NCBI GenBank assembly: GCA_000002445.1 | Contig: CM000207.1 | Location: 2,144,001-2,208,000 of the forward strand | Length of the DNA stretch: 64,000 nt | Direction of reading: 5' to 3' | DNA from: Trypanosoma brucei | Lineage: Eukaryota | Part shown: piece by piece, positions 63,601 to 64,000 of the stretch | Position numbering within the stretch: the stretch's first letter is position 1 | Layout of the letters: every line of letters starts with the position of its first letter | Translations under genes and position numbers: made by a program | The notes under the pieces: generated by a model | What the model was told of the DNA's origin: nothing | Database searches by the model: none | Seen by the model: the letters and a program-made list of their open reading frames with translations, nothing else

Positions 63601-63994
63601 AAATTGCCAACCGAAACTCGGAAATGTGGAACAATGTCTGGAGGAGCGAATTCAAGTAACATGTCGCTCCCTGATTCAATAACCCATTATACTTCGTTCT
63701 CCGCCTTTTGTGCTCGTTTACTGCGTTACTCGATACTGTTTCGTCACTTATTATACCTTCGGCCTTCCCATCCACAAAAATGTCGCTGTTGACAACCGTT
63801 GGAGCAAGTAAAGAAGTTCTCCGGAGAGAAGGGCTCCACAGACGCGCACTCAGGCGGGTGTGAACTATCTGGAATCCCTCACATCCTGAGCCACTGCGCG
63901 ACGTAACATGATGTATCGCCCGCATGAAAACGGGATTAAGTGAATGATGGATGCCACACTCAGCCAATAAGGCCACACGATTTCGACCTGTCAT
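60632..63994 (-). CDS. Ubiquitin carboxyl-terminal hydrolase (USP/UBP family deubiquitinase), at least 1120 aa. The frame is still open at the window edge, so the true start may lie beyond 64000.
   Basis: Cys box GLLNQGATCYLNSLLQTLFH, QQDVHEL motif (here VQHDVHEL), and His box GSNAGFGHYFCFIWCSDAWYRFNDGVV. A C-terminal extension of about 650 aa follows the catalytic core. The six bases upstream of the ATG at 63994 are in frame with no stop. Confidence 0.9.
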   Translation of the reverse strand: MTGRNRVALLAECGIHHSLNPVFMRAIHHVTSRSGSGCEGFQIVHTRLSARLWSPSLRRTSLLAPTVVNSDIFVDGKAEGIISDETVSSNAVNEHKRRRTKYNGLLNQGATCYLNSLLQTLFHISEFRLAIYQIPTAEEAEEKNDVNIKATKSIPYALQRLFCHLQTGSEAADTTELTESFGWSSSDSFVQHDVHELTCELLDKLENKLGGVRKSDNGFTVEEIASNAISRLFVGILESFVRVGEVGYYGAKEQLFYDIQLVVKNTTDIYASLDKFFQVEVLDGKNKYCLEHDGQKTYHCAEKGVRLKLTPPILILHLTRFDYDPQKGETKVLSRWVYYHTLDLSKYVPHASLDEVHYTLCSVLVHSGSNAGFGHYFCFIWCSDAWYRFNDGVVSQASLRDVFETNFGGSRINYWGSQVPSIANAYMLVYIRTSQLKQMLRPVELKDVPLHVAQQLEREREEREKRLREKAEDHLYGRIHFIEPHDIVAKNEFLSCRRPAGAQFPSQRTLRVLLSSEALPAFNSFVDDKLGVRSSEQTLWYVASKGVRNRFSLHRRVSGRLAVSDVLGGDKECCVLVVNAANAHCIEVDGDEELEHDLIHHKVYTPMQLKVHFVGCTVISRKKRVEFSDVFEKMESFVRSAIAGIADDVAKTRDHHLTGVCLKSVEEVRTPTVAPFLPLSLGGSGYDRDINKSVNKLTVLIEDEQGKFLSSQQYLQSGDTLIWQEETPGVDARNIFYSDIVSFQHFLRRRIPVEIKLNSPPSYPTLVDAQLADDMTYEQLQRYVARLIGQSDNYDRVRFTMYNPETRLPYFMKGRRSDRSNLTRLLSPPVQRSIPLSKILYYEYCKYTVTEIEAAHSLQFKLFGSCVRPIGEYWVLMPREEQITPKALFGQCVKEISDVRATESVNSLAVSQSVRSDREKEPQTGEMTQSELNYYASLDPQEAWRTLRLVDVWCGRIYNVFDKDHAQTFNRSTFEESAEYRIEELPKPIDGVPPQNQSIIQVHHFTLLRNRANPVDTHGNPFSIYIGHDEMAPSLLQRIAMKLGLSEAAVVDWKMALVKEDRVLEVLPTVAMGKQLFDFCDEHHYQPNKQPPTKMAFLGLEHAPLSKRCARKEDKVVIHN

Positions 63995-64000
63995 AGCCGC

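Noticed and set aside
1-64000. Search for tRNA, rRNA, spliced-leader RNA genes, retroposons (ingi/RIME/SLACS) or a strand-switch or Pol II start region.
   Set aside because: No T-loop-like GGTTCGAATCC-type boxes outside coding sequence. No reverse-transcriptase or endonuclease ORF. No large direct repeats. Every gene is co-oriented. Nothing in the sequence supports any of these features.

Overview
The window reads as nuclear DNA from a trypanosomatid, most likely Trypanosoma brucei chromosome 9. Twenty-six protein-coding genes, all on the minus strand, fill the whole 64 kb. That fits a single unidirectional polycistronic transcription unit with no strand-switch region, no Pol II start region, and no tRNA, rRNA or retroposon that I can support. 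The intergenic stretches are 0.25-2.4 kb of low-complexity sequence, with polypurine and polypyrimidine tracts and (CA)n, (TA)n, (GA)n and trinucleotide microsatellites, as expected for trans-splicing and polyadenylation signal regions.

Genes identified from sequence motifs:
- Energy, redox and signalling enzymes: a partial short-chain dehydrogenase at the left edge, the mitochondrial Rieske Fe-S protein, metacaspase MCA5 with a tandem QQAYYQPP repeat tail, casein kinase II alpha, a USP-family deubiquitinase running into the right edge, and a SAM-dependent methyltransferase.
- Trafficking, chaperones and Ca2+ binding: a Ykt6-like SNARE ending in CCTVM, a membrane-anchored J-domain protein, a cyclophilin-like protein with a membrane anchor, and an EF-hand protein.
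- DNA repair, ribosome biogenesis and structural: a MutL/PMS1 mismatch-repair protein with an intact endonuclease motif, ribosomal protein L26, an RNA 3'-phosphate cyclase-like protein (RCL1), a leucine-rich repeat protein, and a long coiled-coil protein.
- Several orphan proteins of 750-1708 aa, one of them multi-pass membrane.

I cannot identify a clearly novel multi-gene system. The most unusual single item is an FCP1/NIF-family phosphatase-like protein whose HAD catalytic motif reads DLNGV instead of DxDx(T/V), fused to an Asn/Asp-rich linker and a C-terminal CCCH-type zinc finger. Other points worth a second look are the coding microsatellites, the very long repeat-rich 3' flanks, two stem-loop-forming inverted repeats in intergenic regions, and the large orphan proteins. 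Every start codon was chosen by eye. Where a long ORF began with an extension encoded by intergenic low-complexity sequence, I moved the start to the first ATG inside real protein sequence.
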